Below, piece after piece: positions 6,948 to 18,800 of a DNA stretch of 64,000 nucleotides; position 1 is the first letter of the stretch; every line of letters starts with the position of its first letter. Below the pieces are notes generated by a model. It did not search any database and was not told the DNA's origin. It saw only the letters and a program-made list of their open reading frames with translations. A program made the position numbers and the translations under genes. Origin of the DNA: a virus (Duplodnaviria > Caudoviricetes); the IMG/VR virus record IMGVR_UViG_3300046170_000302; one strand, 5' to 3'.

Positions 6948-7020
6948 GCTTCCTTAGCAATCTGGTGAATGCAGCAAACTCATAATTTGCCTAAGGTGAG
7001 TTCGATCCTCACAGGAAGCA
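6948..7020 (+). tRNA. tRNA with CAT anticodon (probably tRNA-Ile2; automated tools would call it Met); CCA not encoded
   Basis: Cloverleaf: acceptor GCTTCCT/AGGAAGC plus discriminator A; D-arm GCA..TGC with TGG; anticodon arm GCAAA-CTCATAA-TTTGC; T-arm GTGAG-TTCGATC-CTCAC. Confidence 0.93.
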
Positions 7021-7021
7021 C

Positions 7022-7051
7022 TTGACAGAAACCCCCCACAGAGGTTATAAT
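7022..7051 (+). promoter_or_regulatory. Host sigma70-type promoter for the dam gene
   Basis: Consensus TTGACA (7022-7027), 18-nt spacer, TATAAT (7046-7051), 35 nt before the ATG at 7086. Confidence 0.8.
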
Positions 7052-7085
7052 AAGGCTGTTCCCAAGTGTATCAGAGAGAACACCC

Positions 7086-8003
7086 ATGCCTGCTATTAAA
7101 GAGAGGAAGAAGTATCCAAATTGTCTGAGGTATCCTGGAGGTAAGTCAAGGATTATCCATTATCTCTTCAGACAGAATATGATACCTTCACAGATCAAGG
7201 AGTATCGGGAAGGGTTCTTAGGTGGTGGTAGTTGTGCACTTGCATTCTCTACGATGTATCCAGGGACTCCTGTATGGGTGAATGATCTTTATTATAATCT
7301 GTATTGTTTCTGGACACAGTTACAGAATAACTCAGATAGTCTCACAAATCGTATATTAGAATTAAAAGATAAAGCTTGTGTTGCTACTGATGTTACTGAG
7401 TTAGAACAGAAACACAGAGATCTCTATGGAGAGATGAGAGAGTTAATCAATACTTCTACAGATCCACATGATCTTGCAACCGCCTTTTATGTTCTGAACC
7501 GGTCGTCCTTTGGGGGATTTACAGAACAGAATAAGAATGCGTTTATTCGTGACTCTTATAAGAATACAATCTTCAATCAGGTTAAGATTAAAAAATTACC
7601 GGAGATTTCATCTCTTATACAACCATGGAGGATTACGAATGGGGACTATCGGGATTTGATGACGGCTCCTGGTGAGGATGTCTTTGTATTCTTGGACCCA
7701 CCATATCTGATTAAGGATATGTTATATGGTAAGAACAAGGAGATGCATACGGGTTTTATACATGAAGACTTTGTTAAGGCTTGTAAGGATACCCCACATA
7801 ACTGGATGATCACCTATAATGAACATCCATGGTTACGTGAACAGTTTGCTGATTATCATATGGAAACATTTGAGTTTCGGTATTCACTTGCACATCGTAA
7901 AGAGAATGGCAACAAGAAAGAAGAGTTATTGGTAATGAACTATCAACTTCCGCGTCAGTTGGAAGAAAATAACATTCTTTCAGAACTACTAGATAACGTG
8001 TAA
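7086..8003 (+). CDS. dam: DNA adenine methyltransferase (D12 class, T4 Dam-like)
   Basis: LRYPGGKSR, EGFLGGGS (motif I), WVNDL, LNRSSFGG and catalytic DPPY. Confidence 0.9.
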   Translation: MPAIKERKKYPNCLRYPGGKSRIIHYLFRQNMIPSQIKEYREGFLGGGSCALAFSTMYPGTPVWVNDLYYNLYCFWTQLQNNSDSLTNRILELKDKACVATDVTELEQKHRDLYGEMRELINTSTDPHDLATAFYVLNRSSFGGFTEQNKNAFIRDSYKNTIFNQVKIKKLPEISSLIQPWRITNGDYRDLMTAPGEDVFVFLDPPYLIKDMLYGKNKEMHTGFIHEDFVKACKDTPHNWMITYNEHPWLREQFADYHMETFEFRYSLAHRKENGNKKEELLVMNYQLPRQLEENNILSELLDNV

Positions 8004-8018
8004 CCTTAGGAGGTTTCT

Positions 8019-8180
8019 ATGTTGAACAAAGTGTATCACATCTACTCAGATGACAAGTGTCTACATCACAATCTGAACGAGGATAGTTTCAACGGTCTAT
8101 GGGAGTATTACTTTATGGAAGGAGTGAAGTGTACTTATGAAGTGTGTGACGCTAAGGTATTAGAGGAGTCTAGTTACTAA
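8019..8180 (+). CDS. Hypothetical protein (53 aa)
   Basis: MLNKVYHIYSDDKCLHHNL...EESSY* with a strong AGGAGG Shine-Dalgarno at 8008-8013. Confidence 0.7.
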   Translation: MLNKVYHIYSDDKCLHHNLNEDSFNGLWEYYFMEGVKCTYEVCDAKVLEESSY

Positions 8181-8371
8181 TGAAGATGAGTACACAGAAT
8201 ATGAGTGTAGAGGGTGAAGGTCTCTCATTCGTAAAGAAGAACACTGGAGGGGATCCTGGACCCCTTCCAGTCCGTCCTAACAATGTATTCACACCCAAGG
8301 AAAGAGAAGAACTAAAAGAGATCTTTCATGAAGTTCTATCTGAATATGGACTTGTGAAACGGATTGACTAA
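8180..8371 (+). CDS. Hypothetical protein
   Basis: ORF coupled to the upstream stop (TAATG). Confidence 0.6.
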   Translation: MKMSTQNMSVEGEGLSFVKKNTGGDPGPLPVRPNNVFTPKEREELKEIFHEVLSEYGLVKRID

Positions 8372-8392
8372 CAACTAAATATCGTATACAAT
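8364..8392 (+). promoter_or_regulatory. sigma70-type promoter with an embedded late-like CTAAATA
   Basis: TTGACT (8364-8369), 17-nt spacer, TACAAT (8387-8392); CTAAATA lies within the spacer. Confidence 0.6.
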
Positions 8393-8422
8393 AATGAATG
8401 AAATGGAGTGATTAATTAACTC

Positions 8423-9211
8423 ATGGCCAAAGGATTTACAGTAAAAGCAGCAAAGCCCAATACTACTAAGAAAGCTAGTTCAGAACCTGAATGGGATATT
8501 GACGCAATCAAAGAACGAATGCGTGGTAAGACAATTGTCTTCTGTCTTCCAGGTCGTGGATGTTCATTCACCTTCCTGAAGAACTTTGTACAATTGTGTT
8601 TTGATATGGTTCAAAACCAAATGAGTATTCAGATCTCACAAGACTATAGTTCCATGGTGAACTTTGCTCGTTGTAAGTGTCTGGGTGCTAATGTACTTCG
8701 TGGACCAGATCAGATTCCCTGGGATGGTAAACTAGAGTATGATTATCAGTTGTGGATTGATAGTGATATTGTCTTCAATACAGAGAAGTTCTGGCAACTC
8801 TGTGATATGGCAATCCCAGCTGAAGGTGAAGAGAAACAAATTGTCAGTGGTTGGTATGCTACTGAAGATGGACGTACTACATCAGTTGCTCACTGGTTGG
8901 ATGAAGATGACTTCCGTAATAACGGTGGTGTCATGAATCATGAGATGGTTGATGGTATTCAGAAACGTAAGAAGCCTTTCACTGTTGATTATGCAGGGTT
9001 TGGTTGGTTGATGATTAAGAAGGGTGTATTCGAACATCCTGAGATTAAGTATCCATGGTTCGCTCCTAAGATGCAAGTCTTTGAATCTGGAGCAGTACAA
9101 GATATGTGTGGTGAAGATGTATCCTTCTGTTTGGATGCTATCGAAGCTGGTATTGAGATCTGGTGTGATCCTCGTATCCGTGTTGGACATGAGAAGATGA
9201 GAGTCATTTGA
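8423..9211 (+). CDS. GT-A fold glycosyltransferase-like protein, conserved in cyanomyoviruses
   Basis: LWIDSDIVF (DxD), GFGWLMIKKGVFE and GEDVSFC motifs; GGAG upstream. Confidence 0.7.
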   Translation: MAKGFTVKAAKPNTTKKASSEPEWDIDAIKERMRGKTIVFCLPGRGCSFTFLKNFVQLCFDMVQNQMSIQISQDYSSMVNFARCKCLGANVLRGPDQIPWDGKLEYDYQLWIDSDIVFNTEKFWQLCDMAIPAEGEEKQIVSGWYATEDGRTTSVAHWLDEDDFRNNGGVMNHEMVDGIQKRKKPFTVDYAGFGWLMIKKGVFEHPEIKYPWFAPKMQVFESGAVQDMCGEDVSFCLDAIEAGIEIWCDPRIRVGHEKMRVI

Positions 9212-9280
9212 TAAACTGTCACAGAGGGTCCTAGGATCCTCTCTAACCCCTTTATAATATACAAGTAGACACAACACACT

Positions 9281-9428
9281 ATGGCAAAGTTCAAACGTTC
9301 ATTGATGGGTGGAACCTTCATTGAAACCAAGCCCAAGAAAACACGACAGGGTTCAGGACAACATACCAAGTACGCATCTAGTTCTAGTAATAACAAACCC
9401 TAAACGTTACCGAGGACAAGGACGTTAA
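9281..9428 (+). CDS. Small basic conserved cyanophage protein (KKTRQG...RYRGQG); one indel near 9400
   Basis: MAKFKRSLMGGTFIETKPKKTRQGSGQHTKYASSSSNNKP/KRYRGQGR*; upstream TATAAT (9253-9258) and hairpin AGAGGGTC-CTAG-GATCCTCT. Confidence 0.65.
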
Positions 9429-9432
9429 TATT

Positions 9433-9461
9433 AAAGACCCTACATACTAGGGTCTTTTTTT
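9433..9461 (+). terminator. Rho-independent terminator
   Basis: AAAGACCCTA-CATAC-TAGGGTCTTT followed by TTTT. Confidence 0.85.
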
Positions 9462-9468
9462 ATTGCGT

Positions 9469-10157
9469 ATGGCTTCTTTGATTTGTAATCTTCCTGCAGT
9501 AGAAGTGTGGGTAAGAAAAGAATATCTAACAGATCATCAATCTGGTCACGGAGAGTTCGTAAAGGGTGTCTGGGTGTCTTGTAAGAGTATGCCAGGACGT
9601 GCATTCTACTTTGAGACATATCTCCCAGAGTATGCAGCAATGTATGATAAACTTCCTATCAGTGCGTTTGTATCAGAACCAGAAGACACCAACACCTGAT
9701 ATGAATCTACCTAACTTACAGTTCTGGAACTGTATGGATTATGGTGTAGTAAGTATTGCAAAACAGTTCATTGGATCGATGGATTTTGAACTATATACAA
9801 GAGATCATGATATCATGAAGGGTACTTACATCTGTACCATTGACAACTATCATGCAGATCCAGATGTGATTGATTATGCAACATCTGAGAATCCTGCAGA
9901 ACATAAGTCTCATAATCTGATTGAGCTGGATAATGGTCAGTATGCCTTGTATCCAAACAATCGTATGAGAATCTTTGATAATAGTCTTACACCTGTAGAT
10001 CCTAAGATGCCTGACTTTAAGGTATCAACTGAATACTATTCTGTAGAGAATGGATTCGAACGATTGGGTATGGGGACGTGAAGACGAGTACTTTTGGAAA
10101 ACCGCTAAGGAGAGAGAAAATGAGCAACCAGGAATTCCTAAGGGAGATTGCGAATGA
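9469..10157 (+). CDS. Conserved cyanophage hypothetical protein; indels near 9684 and 10076
   Basis: MASLICNLPAVEVWVRKEYL... joins ...PDMNLPNLQFWNCMDY...ALYPNNRMRIFDNS... and ends ...GREDEYFWKT...GDCE*. Confidence 0.7.
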
Positions 10158-10281
10158 TGAGAAAAATCCTCGACAAATGAAAAAGGTGAATACAGATGGA
10201 CTCTTTGAAACAACTGATTGTTCTGACCCTGATCATATCTGTACTTGTGACTCTGAACAGGTAACACTAACTGAGGATTAG
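10120..10281 (+). CDS. Hypothetical protein
   Basis: MSNQEFLREIANDEKNPRQMKK...; AAGGAG upstream. Confidence 0.6.
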   Translation: MSNQEFLREIANDEKNPRQMKKVNTDGLFETTDCSDPDHICTCDSEQVTLTED

Positions 10282-10284
10282 TGC

Positions 10285-10292
10285 TCTAAATA
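10285..10292 (+). promoter_or_regulatory. Late (gp55-type) promoter variant
   Basis: TCTAAATA 24 nt before the gp25 start. Confidence 0.5.
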
Positions 10293-10316
10293 AGGTAGAT
10301 TTGTTGTATCAAATAC

Positions 10317-10718
10317 GTGCCTGCTGAAAGAATTAGCAAAGGGTTTAAAGACATCAGTGCAATCTTTGAAGTTAATCCGTTAAACGATGACTTGATTGTA
10401 CTGAAGAACGCTAATGCCATTGCTCGTTCTATTCGTAACTTAATCTTCACCAACCGCGGTGATAAACCCTTCAATCCATTTCTTGGTAGTAGGGTAAATG
10501 AAATGTTGTTTGATCCTATGGATCAAATTAGTTCAGTATCAGTCAGGTCAGAAATTGAAAGAACTATTAATAGTTTTGAACCAAGAGTCGATCTTGACAA
10601 AGTGACAGTTACTGCTAATCATGATGAAAATCAATATGACATTGTAATTAAATACCAAATCATTGGTATTGACCTTGATACACAACAACTCTCATTCGCC
10701 TTAGAGCTTACCAGATAA
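10317..10718 (+). CDS. gp25: Baseplate wedge protein gp25
   Basis: GTG start; AIARSIRNLIFTNRGDKPFNPFLGS...IERTINSFEPRV signature. Confidence 0.9.
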   Translation: MPAERISKGFKDISAIFEVNPLNDDLIVLKNANAIARSIRNLIFTNRGDKPFNPFLGSRVNEMLFDPMDQISSVSVRSEIERTINSFEPRVDLDKVTVTANHDENQYDIVIKYQIIGIDLDTQQLSFALELTR

Positions 10719-12805
10719 ATGCCTCTAGTAAATTTTAGTAATCTAGATTTCGATCAGATCAAGGCATCCATTAAAGATTATCTTCGTGCAAATTCAAACT
10801 TCACGGATTATGATTTTGAAGGATCAAACTTATCTACGATAATTGATACTCTAGCATATAACACCTATATTACTTCATACAACGCCAATATGGTGACGAA
10901 TGAAGTATTCATTGATAGTGCAACATTGAGAGAGAATGTTGTATCACTATCTCGAAACATTGGATATCTTCCAAGGTCAAGAAAAGCATCTGTAGCTAAT
11001 ATTTCTTTCTTAGTAGATGTGTCTAACACTACTGCAACCTCTGTTACTTTGAAATCTGGTATTGTAGCTCTTGCTTCATCTAGTAATAAAAAAAATATCA
11101 CATTCTCAATTTCAAATGATGTAACAGTTCCAGTTGATTCTGATGGAATTGCAAACTTTACCAACGTTGATATATTTCAAGGAACATATCTAAAACAAAC
11201 CTATACAGTATCTTCACGCAATAAGACACAGAAATTTATTTTACCTAATTCTGGTGTTGATACTTCACTAATTCGTGTGAGTGTGAAGGAATCAGAAGCT
11301 TCTACTGTTACTAGAGTATTCAAACAGTTTGACAGTTTGTTTGAGGTAGGGCCATCTTCTCCTGTATACTTCCTTCAAGAAATTGGATCTGAAAGATATG
11401 AAATAATGTTTGGTGATGGAACATTTGGTGTATCACTAGAAGAACCAAACTATATTGAAATTGATTATATTCAATGTGATGGTGAAGCAGGTAACGGAGT
11501 ATCAAGACTAAGATACGCTGGGAACACTTAGAGATAATAATAATAACGCAATCACAGGTGGAGTATCACTAAGTTACTGTTAACGAACCATCTTATGGTG
11601 GTAGTAGTATTGAAAGTGTTGAATCAATCAAGAAGTATTCAACACAGATCTATTCATCACAGAATCGCGCAGTTACCGCTGGTGACTTTGAAGCGATCGT
11701 TCCTACAATCTATCCTGAAACTGAATCTATCTCAGCCTTTGGTGGTGAAGAACTTACACCTCCACAATATGGAAAGGTATTTGTAAGTATCAAACCAACT
11801 AATGGTGTATTCCTTTCAAGTACGATCAAAGAAAATATTAAGAGACAGATCAATAAGTATTCTGTAGCAGGTATTGTTACTGAGATTATTGATCTTAAGT
11901 ATCTGTATGTTGAAACAAACTCTAATGTTTATTACAACTCGAATCAATCACCTAATGCAAGTTTTGTTTCGAGTTTGGTAACACAGAACTCAGAATTATA
12001 CGCTAATTCTACTGAGTTAAATAAGTTTGGGGCAAGGTTCAAATATAGTCAATTCCAAAAAATTGTTGATGAAAGTCATGAGTCTATTACTTCTAATATC
12101 ACAACTGTAGATATCAGAAGAGACCTACAGGCTACAATGAATAATTTTGTTGAGTATGAAATTTGTTTTGGTAATCGTTTTCAGATTGTAAATCACGGAC
12201 ACGGTATTCATCAAGGACAAATTGGATATAATATTCGTTCTTCAGGATTTAAGATTAGTGGTATCTCAGATACTGTTTATCTTGGTGACACTCCTTCTGG
12301 TGATTTGAAAACAGGAACTGTTTTCTTATTTAAACTCAACTCTCCAACTGAACCAGTGATCCTGAGAAGATCAATTGGAACTATTGATTACTTAAAAGGT
12401 GAGATTAAACTCAACCCAATCAATATTATTTCTACTGATGTATATCGTGGAACTAACCTGGTTGAAATCTCAGCAACACCTTATTCAAATGATGTTATTG
12501 GATTACAAGATCTGTATCTCCAATTAGACCCCTTTAATATGAAGGTAAATATGGTAACAGATAGAATTGCATCAGGAAGTGATGTCTCTGGAACAAACTA
12601 TCTCGTATCCTCAAGCTACGCAAATAACTTGGTAAGAAGAACTCCAATAGTTTCTTCTTCTACATCTACATCCTCATCTACTAACTCTGGAGCAACATCG
12701 ATTTCTTCTAGAGTTGATGTAACACCAAATTACACATCACCAACTAGTTCAACTTCATCGTCAACTAGTTCATCATCTAGTTCAACCTCATCATATTCCT
12801 ACTAA
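10719..12805 (+). CDS. gp6: Baseplate wedge protein gp6; two indels near 11520-11570
   Basis: LDFDQIK..LKDY..DYDFEGSNLS..LAYNTY..NEVFIDSATLRENVVS; the intervening frame reads QNRAVTAGDFE..GGEELTPPQYGKVFVSIKP and runs into ORF 11975-12805. Confidence 0.9.
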
Positions 12806-12814
12806 TATCAGAAA

Positions 12815-15800
12815 ATGGCAGTAGATAGAGTTCAGTTCCAGGATATTGTTGAGAGTCAATTTCCTAGATATGTTTTGGAAGACTTCCCTCTTCTTCCAGA
12901 ATTCATAAAGCAATATTATAAGTCACAGGAGTATCAAGGTGGTACTCTTGATTTAGTTCAAAACATTGACAAGTATGTTAAGGTTGATGAATTATTTACC
13001 CTTAAGACTTCTACTCAACTAAATGGTGAACTGGATTATACTGCCACAACAATCCCTACATCATCTCTTACAAACTTTACTGAAGGATTTCCTGAGACTA
13101 ATGGTCTTATCAAGATTGATCAGGAAATCATTCACTACGAATCGATTAGCAATAATTCCTTTATCAACTGTACCAGAGGGTTCAGTGGTATCACAACATA
13201 TATCTCTGGCAATCAACCAGATCAACTAACGTTCAACCAAACAGAAGCTGCAGAACATACAGATAATTCAGTTATCCAAAATCTGAATGTTATTTTCCTT
13301 CAGGAGTTTTTTAGTAAGTTAAAGAATCAGATCGCACCTGGTTTCAATGACAGACAACTCTTTTCTGACTTGGATCAGAGAAATTTTTTATACAATATAG
13401 ACAGTTTCTATAAATCAAAAGGAACAGATCAATCATTCAAGATTCTCTTCAGAGCTTTATATGGTGAAGAAGTAGAGATCATCAAACCAAGTGAGTCTCT
13501 GTTCAGACCTTCCAATGCAGACTACAAAGTAGAGAAAGACTTTGTTGTAGAACAAGTTGCAGGTGATCCATTAGAACTTAAAAATCTCACTCTCTTCCAG
13601 GACTCTACAAACTCTAGAGGTTCCATATCTGATGTTAAACCAATCAATTATGGTGACAAACAATATTATCAGATAAGTATTGACTCTGGATATGCTAGAG
13701 ATATCAGTGTTACTGGTTCTATCTTTGGTGAGTTTAAAGTTAATCCTAAAACAAAACTTCTGAATAATGTAAGTGTTGGCGCAACTATCCTTGATGTTGA
13801 TTCAACTATTGGTTTTCCAGATACTGGCAACTTGATCATCAAAGACAATGTAGGTGACATAGTTTCTATATCATATGCTGGAAAAAGCATTAACCAATTT
13901 TTCAATGTTAGTGGTGTTTTTGATACTTTCTCATCAAAAGAGGATATTCGTTTAGATGATTATTCATATGCGTATGTTGGATTTGATACTAGTAATCAAA
14001 TTCAGGTTCGTATTACTTCTACTCTTAAAGAATTCAAACTAAATCAAGATTCATACTTCTACAATGAAGGTGATACTATCAACGTCCAAACTCTTGGTAT
14101 TGAGAGAGGAGATGAAAGATCCCAGAACTGGTATTCTAATGTCAAAACAGAATGGAATATTGAGAATATTGAACTAGTTGATGAACTGGAAAAATCATAT
14201 TCAATCACTCTATTTGATTCTCATTTCTTGAGACCAGGATATCAGATCACACTGACAAGCAATAGTGGACTACAACTTCCAGGTATTGTAATTAGATCTT
14301 CTTCTAAGAACTCAGTGTTGACAAAGCTTGCTGCAAATGTTGGTAGCATTTCATATATTAAACTAGAGAATCAACTCCTCAAAGGAAACTCTGGTAAATA
14401 CTCTACTCTGAACAACTTTGTTGCTAATATTCAGAATGTATACCAGAAATTTAATGGTGATGTAGTAGTTGCATCGAACTCACTTCCCAACTATTCAAAC
14501 ATTTTCACTGATCCTTATGATAAGAAGATAACATTCTCTGGTTCTTCTTCTGATCTTGAAACTCTTGTTCTGAGTACAAATCAAGATCATGGGTTCTTGA
14601 CTGGTGATGCCATCTTCTACAAACCAGGTATTATAAAGACCACAACAATTGCTCCTGATGGTATTACAGTAGTAACTGAAGACGAAAGTAAGTTTGAGAA
14701 TATTGATACTAATGTTTATTATGTAAAGAGAGTTAACTCAACAAGTATCAAACTTGCAAGATCTAGAGCAGATATTTTCTCTGAAAAGTTTGTAACTCTG
14801 GTTGGTACTGTATCGGATAATGAGTTTATCTACTATGATTTCTACAATAAGATACTTTCTCCACAGAATATTGTAAGAGAAATTCTCGCACCTAATAACA
14901 AATCTGGTAACTATCTAACTGAACCTGGTTATAGTGGTATTTTGATTAATGGTGTTGAGATTCTTAACTACAAATCTGGTGAAAGTTTGAAGTATGGTGA
15001 TCTTAGATCTCTCGAAATCACTAATCCTGGTGAAGACTACGATATCATCAATCCTCCTGTATTGAATATCGTTGATGACTACGGTAGTGGTGCAGAAGGG
15101 ACTGCATCAATAGAAGGAGAGTTAGTAGGTATAAACCTAATCGACCGCGGTTTTGACTATCTAGATGTTCCTACTGTAACTATCACTGGTGGCAACCCTA
15201 CAGAAGAGGCTGTCGCTGAAGTGAATATGACGAGTATCGTTCACTCACTTAATTTCAACTCAGAGCTTTCTGCAAGAAAGATTGATCTTGGAAATAATAC
15301 TATTGGATTCTCAACATTCCATAAACTCAATGTTGCAGATAAGGTATTCTATGATGCTAAAGATGGTAATCCAATCGCTGGTCTCTCCACCAATGCTTTC
15401 TACTATGTTGAACTAGTAGATACTTCTACTATCAAACTTCATACTTCAGAGGATAATGCAAGAGTTGGAATCAATACTGTTGATATTACTAACTTCGGAA
15501 CAGGTTTTCAAGCTATCACATCAGTTGATAGTAAAAGTATTGTAGCAGATATCTATATTATAAATTCTGGCAAAGGTTATAAAAATAATCAAAGAAAGAT
15601 CCCAGTAATTGGAATCAATACAGCGAGCAATAGTTTCAACATTCCCAACCACGGTTACAACTCTGGTGAGACTATTAAGTACTCTACCACAACTACTGGT
15701 ATTGTTGGACTTTCTACCGTAGAGAATTACTATGTTAATAAGTTAGATGATAATAACTTCTCACTATCTTTAGTAGGAACTGGTGTAACTGATAAAAAAT

Positions 15801-18800
15801 ATTTTTATGATAGAAATATATTGGTTGATATCTCTACGATTGGGAATGGTAGTTTTAACTATCTTCCTATTGAAGTTAAACTTAATGGAATTGTTGGTGT
15901 CAATACAGTTGCAGGTCAGGACTTTCAGTGCAAAGTTCAACCTCTCTTTAGGGGATCAATTCAATCTGTTGATCTTACAGACAATGGTGTGGCCTATGGA
16001 TCATCAGAGATTATCAACTTTAATAGACAACCAAATATCTCATTCAATAGTGGTAAAGATGCACAACTAACACCTATTGTAAGCAATTCTAAGAATTGTT
16101 GATATCATTGTAAACAAAGGTGGTAGTGGTTACAACTCTCCACCAAATCTTATTGTTACAGGTGAGGGTAGATTTGCAAAACTTACACCAATCATTGAGG
16201 GTGGTGTAATCACTTCTGTCAAGATTATGAGTAGTGGTATTGGTTATGTTAGTGGATCGACCAATATTCAAGTAGAACCTGCAGGTAAGTATGGTGAAAC
16301 ACAAGCTGTAATTAGAAACTGGAATATTAATCTATTTGAAAGAGATTTTGATAATATTGGTGTTGATGATGGTTTTGTGAGTGAGAGTATTGATGACAAC
16401 TCACTTGAGTATTGTCATCTCTATGCACCAAGACCTCTTAGATCTAACACTTATGTTATCTCTGGTAGTGACGAAACACAGTATGGTATCTCTGACCTTA
16501 CATTAGCTGGTGGTATAGAGAAAACAAGTTCTTATCACTCACCTATTCTTGGTTGGGCATATGATGGTAACCCCATCTATGGTCCTTATGGATTTACTGA
16601 TCCACAGGGTGGTAATATTTCTCAGATGATTTCTGGGTATGAACTAAGAACTAATCCTACCAATAGACCACCAACATCATTGTTCCCTCTTGGATATTTT
16701 ATTGAGGATTATATTTTCACAGATAGAGGTGATCTTGATATCCATAATGGTCGTTTCTGTGTAACTCCTGATTATCCAACTGGTAGATATTGTTATTTCT
16801 CAACTCTGAATACTTTCAGTGTTGATTCCACTGGTCCTTTTAAAAACTATAGAAGACCTGTATTCCCATACTTGATTGGTGACACATTCTACTCTAAACC
16901 AAATGTCACTAACTTTGGTGTGTTGAGTAATCAAAATGATTACAATCTGGAGAATGGTGAGTGGTTTAGAAACACGATTGCATATCATACTAATGATGAC
17001 AATAGTGGTTATGATTATGTGTTCAATTCTGATAAAGAAAGAAATCAATCATTAGATATTGTAAGTGCATCTAAAGGATCTGTTGAGAGTATTGGTATTA
17101 TCACTGGTGGTAACTTCTATAAAGTCAATGATAGAATTTTAATTAATAATGAAGGAACTAGTGGAACTGATGCGCAAGGTCGTGTAGAGAGAGTATCTGG
17201 TGCTGATGTAAATTACATCAACTTTGAGACTACAGGTTTAGATAATATTGAGTTTGGAAACATTTCCAATTTGAATCAATTTATTGGATTCTCTACTCAG
17301 TCTATTCCGTTCAACACTGGCGAAATTGTAACTATCTCTGGTCTATCTACAACCTTCAGTGGTTACTCTGGAGTTACAAATACCAGACTTGGTATCAGAA
17401 CAGATAACTTTGTATTAACTCTTGGAGTGGGTTCTACGGGTGTTACGGGTCTTACCACATACTTCTATGTGTCTGGTGATCTCAACTATCCAACTATTCG
17501 TGAGAACGACATTCTTGGTATTGGAACAGAAAACATAAGAGTTCTGAATATCGATAACAAAGCAAAGAGAATTCGTGTTAGAAGAGAATATGATGGTATC
17601 TCCTGTGGTTTGGCACATACTAATAGTTCTGTTCTGTTCGAAGATCCTCGTAAGTTCCGTGTAAATGTTGATACTCTGAAAACAACCAATGCTCTTGAGA
17701 TCAATAAGGAATATTATTTCTATCCACAAGAAGTTGTAGGTGTTGGTACTGTTGGTGCTGGTTCTACAATAACCTTCTCTAATCCTGGAGTAGGGTGTCA
17801 CCCAGATGTTTGTTCCTACTAAACAGATCTATCTTCCAGATCATGGTTTGAGTGTAAATGATAGACTTTACTACAATAGGCAAGGTGGAACTGCTATTGG
17901 TGTTTGGAATGGAATCACTACTACCTTCAAGAACTTAGACACATATGATTTCTATTATACAGCTCCTGTAAGTAGAGACTTTATTGGTCTTTCTACCAAT
18001 AAGATTGGTATGGGAACTGAGGCACAATTTGTTGGAGTTGGAACAACTTCTGGGCTTCTTTACTTTACATCTGTTCCTACTGATGACTATCCATAGTTTC
18101 CTTACAGATAAAGATAATGTACTAACTGGTAGAATATCCAGAACAACAGTTAATGTCGCAACTTCTGGAACACACGGTCTTTCAGTTAATGACACTGTAT
18201 ACGTTCTCTGTCAAACCAACTGACACTAAGACAGTAAATGTTACTTATGATGATTTTTCTAGAAGAATCTTATTTGATCCAAAGAGTATTACTGCGACCA
18301 ATACTATCAAAAACACTGTGGCTGTCACAAATCATAATTTTGTTAAAGGTGATAAAGTTCTTTATAGAGAAGGTTCTTCATCTATCGGTGGTTTGAATGA
18401 CGGTCAATTGTATTACATCTATCCATATGATAACAACTCTATTCAATTTGTTAGTGAGAGATTCCAACTATCAAAAGATAGACCACCAGTAATTGATATC
18501 ACATCAACCGGTAATGGTACTCTTTTCAAGATTAATCCACCACTATATGTAAAGAGAAACAATAAACTTAAATTTGATCTTTCTGATCCATCACTTTCCT
18601 TTGTTGTTAGTGGTGTTCGTTATTCTGCTTTTGAATTAAGACTTTATAGTGATAGTGAGTATAGCAATGTGTATGACACGTCTGGAACTAAAACTACCTT
18701 CGAAGTTACAACTTCTGGAAGACCTGGTATCGATGCAGATGCAAATCTAACTCTATTGGTATCTGATGAAGTTCCAACAAACTTGTGGTATAAATTTGTT

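Noticed and set aside
7000-8003. dam gene as an island integrated at the tRNA 3' end
   Set aside because: The promoter abuts the tRNA, but I found no duplicated tRNA 3' fragment and no integrase in the window.
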